DNA of 63,838 nucleotides, filler included, from Hyphochytrium catenoides (lineage: Eukaryota > Protista > Hyphochytriomycota): NCBI GenBank assembly GCA_900088475.1. It is 6 parts of 6 records of this genome, joined end to end, with 100 filler letters (N's around TTAATTAATTAA, not from the genome) between each part and the next. Parts side by side here need not be neighbours in the genome. Positions count along the whole stretch, not along the records: positions 54,776 to 62,709 come from FLMG01001389.1; positions 62,810 to 63,838 come from FLMG01003430.1; 4 more parts are not named here. One strand, written 5' to 3'. Under the pieces are notes generated by a model. That model was not told the DNA's origin and did not search any database. It saw nothing but the letters and a program-made list of their open reading frames with translations. Below, in pieces: positions 61,131 through 63,838 of the stretch (positions are counted from its first letter, which is position 1; every line of letters begins with the position of its first letter). The position numbers and the translations under genes are program-made.

Positions 61131-62294
61131 CTAGGCAACCGCTGATCCCTTTCCTGTCCGTGGCGATCCTACGACAGCGCTGTGAGGAGACAGAGCGAGG
61201 GCTCGCGATCTATCCACAGCACGGCGGCTTGAAGAGGAGGGTGAGCACGTATCCGTCCCAGCTCGTGTCCTCCTTTTCTCTCTATCTAGGGCTGGAAGTG
61301 ATAGTGGGCGTTTGTCTAATGCGAGCTCCTTCCTTCTGCTTTGCTGGCTCTTTATGTATAGAAGAGCTTGGAGCTTCCTTTCAAGAGCCAGTTGCGCTCT
61401 CACCATTCTCCACCAGCTCTGCACCGTGACAACAGCAAGCTCAAGGTTAAGCTGCCGACAGGCAAATAGCAAACTTCGTAAATCCTTAGCTTGCTGAAGT
61501 CTGTCGGCTAGTTCTCTCCAACAAGCTGTTGACTCATAGACATCAGCATCTACCTGCGTCACCTGTGTGAGGGCAAGAAGCATGAAATTAGATCAAGATG
61601 CTTCTCCCTATCAAAAAGTCACCCACATTACTTAAGGCACGGTTTGGGTGACGCTTACCACTGTGTTGCGCAGCAGCCTTGTGCCTTGGCCTCTCTTGGC
61701 GGAGTCCCGTCTCTCTAATTCTTTGTGTTGTCGGATCAGGGCCCTGATAGCCCAGGCATGCTCTGAATCTGCGCCATAGTTCTTTGCCGTGCCTTTTGTT
61801 CTTGTCGTCTGTCTACCGCCTTGATGGATAGTCAGCGGTGCCTTTGACAGATGAAGTGCTTTGTCTGTTTGTCTATGAGTTCCGTGGTGTGTGGGCAGGC
61901 TTTTAACCGGGAAAGGAGCAACGGGGATGATGCCTCTTTCTCTTCTTCGACGCGCCACGCGAGAGCGGAGCTTCTTAGATCTCCACCACCTCTGAATACT
62001 AAGAGCAGCCGCGAGGAGGTCGTCAAAGTAAAATACGGCGGAACGCTCTTTACCCTTTGCCACCAGCTGAGTTATGCTGTTTCCTCTTGTTGTCTGCAGT
62101 GCTTTGTCCTCTCTCTTCTTACCCTTGTGAGCATATTTGTTGAACGTTGCGGCACGAAGAACCAGAGTTCCAGCGGCAGCGAGGATGATGGCAATGCCAG
62201 CAGTCAAGAGAATAGAGCTCTGCAGTCTGTGGCTGAGCAGCAGCGTCTCTGACAGTCCGTTCCTAGCCATATCTTCACCAATCACAGCTTCCAC
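61131..62294 (-). CDS. Uncharacterised protein with a hydrophobic segment and two IQ-like calmodulin-binding motifs (5' end uncertain)
   Basis: AALSIQRWWRSKKLR and AVVTVQSWWRMVRAQ lie in two ORFs joined in frame by a GTAAGC...CACAG intron (~61659-61563). Confidence 0.55.
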
Positions 62295-62709
62295 ATCGGC
62301 GAATGTTTGTCACGTACAAAACGTCACAACCTGTTCCACGAGAAGGAACACAAGCGAGGGTGAGGTGCTGAAGCTTTAGTCAGTTATGATCACACTGAGC
62401 AGACTGGGCAACGGCCCCAGATACGTCTCAAAGGTTTGCAATAGCGTATCGATCTTATGGCTGGCTCTCTAATGATCCGACCTCTTGTTCCTGCCCCTGC
62501 TACTCCTGTCATGAGAAAGCAACAGACTTCTGGGTCTCTGTATCATCTTCAAATCGAGTACGCAGGCACAGCTCGGAGGAGAAGATGAAGGGCAAGTTGA
62601 TGATGAAGGAAGGAGATGGAAGGAAGAAGACCGAAAAACAGGCAAGAAGAGGAAAGAGAGAGGGAGCACACAGAGAAGCAGATAAACAAAAGCGAAGAGA
62701 AGACAGAGA

Positions 62710-62809
62710 NNNNNNNNNNNNNNNNNNNNNNNNNNNNNNNNNNNNNNNNNNNNTTAATTAATTAANNNNNNNNNNNNNNNNNNNNNNNNNNNNNNNNNNN
62801 NNNNNNNNN
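62710..62809. other. Artificial contig spacer N44-TTAATTAATTAA-N44
   Basis: Linker at 62754-62765. Confidence 0.95.
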
Positions 62810-62830
62810 ATACGATCTTCTGTTGTCTAG

Positions 62831-63454
62831 GTGAGGTCTTCTGCTGAAGAGACCAGGCAACAGTGGCGTTGTATCCTTTGCTGCGAAGCTCATAAAGCCA
62901 TCCGACAAAAGGGCTTGGATCCATTCGCGCATGGGCATAGCCGGTTAGGCTATAAGACAGTGTTCAGCTGCTCCTGTTGTAAGGTCCCTTTATGTAGGAC
63001 CAAAAGGTGGGGGGATGGGGAGTTATCTTGCTTTGAAGTATTTCATTCTTATGACAAACTCCCTGAACCATGCAAGCGTGGAGGTGGTGCTGAGAATAGA
63101 AGAAACAGCTTGGAGGTCGCTGACACCCGTCAAAGGCACAGTAACAGACCTCCTCCACCAAAAAGAACTAAGAGGAGGAGGCAAGAAGATGTAGAAGAAG
63201 GTGAAAGAGACGAAGAGAGCAAAGAAGAAGATAGCCAAGAGAGCAAAGAAGAAGATAGCTCAACACAAGAGGGAGGGCCATCAGCTTTATCTTCTGATGA
63301 AGGTGAAACAGCAGGAGGTAGTAGGGACAGCAGCAGTACCCTCAGCAGGAGGGGAAGAAAGAGAAGTAGAAGGATCTCCTATGTCCTTGTAAACACTAGG
63401 CGTCAATCAGCGCGCCTGAGGAAGAAGAAGAAGAGAAAGATGGCAACAGTCTAG
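62831..63454 (+). mobile_element. Terminal exon encoding a piggyBac-like C-terminal cysteine-rich domain plus a charged NLS-bearing tail
   Basis: RCILCC...KTVFSCSCCKVPLC...SCFEVFH resembles the C-x2-C ... C-x2-C-x-V-x-L-C ... CF-x2-F/YH domain at the end of piggyBac transposases. It is preceded by a TCTAG acceptor at 62830. Confidence 0.55.
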
Positions 63455-63649
63455 ACTTTACTATCGCGTGAATCGGGGGTTATATATATTTATAAAAAGA
63501 TAACAAGAAGAAGCATGATGATGGTATCGACAAAGGGATCGACTGACGACGGCATTAACCGAAAATCGCTATTAGCACTGTTTATAAATTTCTCTTTCTA
63601 GCTTACCAGATTGGTGATACGTGCTGCCTCGCAAAGAAGACCTTACAGT

Positions 63650-63838
63650 GCCGCCTGCAATCTTATGGGACTTTTGCAAGATTGACATAGGGCAAGACTT
63701 AATAGTCGTATGAAATAGTCAAGCAATAAGCTTCATCATCATCATTATCATCATCAGTGCCTGCGATCTTATGAGGCTTTTGCAAGATTGACATAGGGCA
63801 AGACTTAATAGTCGTATGAGAGAGTCAAGCAATAAGCT
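63650..63838. repeat. ~106-bp direct tandem repeat (at least 2 copies, running off the window)
   Basis: TTTTGCAAGATTGACATAGGGCAAGACTTAATAGTCGTATGA starts at 63672 and 63778, with a (CAT)n tract between the copies. Confidence 0.9.

Noticed and set aside
30783-62765. Recurrent palindromic TTAATTAATTAA motif (5 copies)
   Set aside because: It is always centred in 44+44 Ns, so it is an artificial six-frame-stop contig linker. Gene adjacencies across it, such as chlorophyllase next to the S9 peptidase, are not evidence of clustering.
55951-63838. 27-bp and 106-bp repeats as CRISPR-like arrays
   Set aside because: Too few copies, no unique spacers of constant length, no cas genes, and a eukaryotic context.

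Overview
Intron-rich nuclear DNA from a non-opisthokont microbial eukaryote, most plausibly a stramenopile-like protist. This is inferred from the plant/protist-type TyrRS, the WRKY19-like Cys/His repeat protein and the S9D peptidase. The window is not contiguous: five artificial 100-nt spacers (N44-TTAATTAATTAA-N44) join six pieces (1-30738, 30839-40740, 40841-53074, 53175-54675, 54776-62709, 62810-63838). Manual splicing, under the standard genetic code, recovers these genes: a WRKY19-like zinc-finger repeat protein, an ABCD half-transporter, CDC23/APC8, TAP42/IGBP1, tyrosyl-tRNA synthetase, a DNAJB-type J protein, a PPR protein, TTLL12, an MTD1-type methylene-THF dehydrogenase, a RimI-like GNAT, a secreted VWD/EGF protein, a chlorophyllase-like hydrolase, a CGEP-like S9 peptidase, a TMEM87/GPR107-family 7TM protein, an IQ-motif protein and a piggyBac-like Cys-rich terminal exon. 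A nest of three LTR-retrotransposon remnants lies at 26.1-30.7 kb. Most notable: (1) an intronless, probably mitochondrial PPR gene built from a near-identical 216-bp tandem unit of two alternating 36-aa motifs, with variable RNA-recognition positions (TALE-like architecture); (2) introns with (GA)-rich 5' ends and (CT)-rich 3' ends that could pair to bridge splice sites; (3) a possible CAG>TAG / CTG>CTA decay signature in repeat-like DNA.
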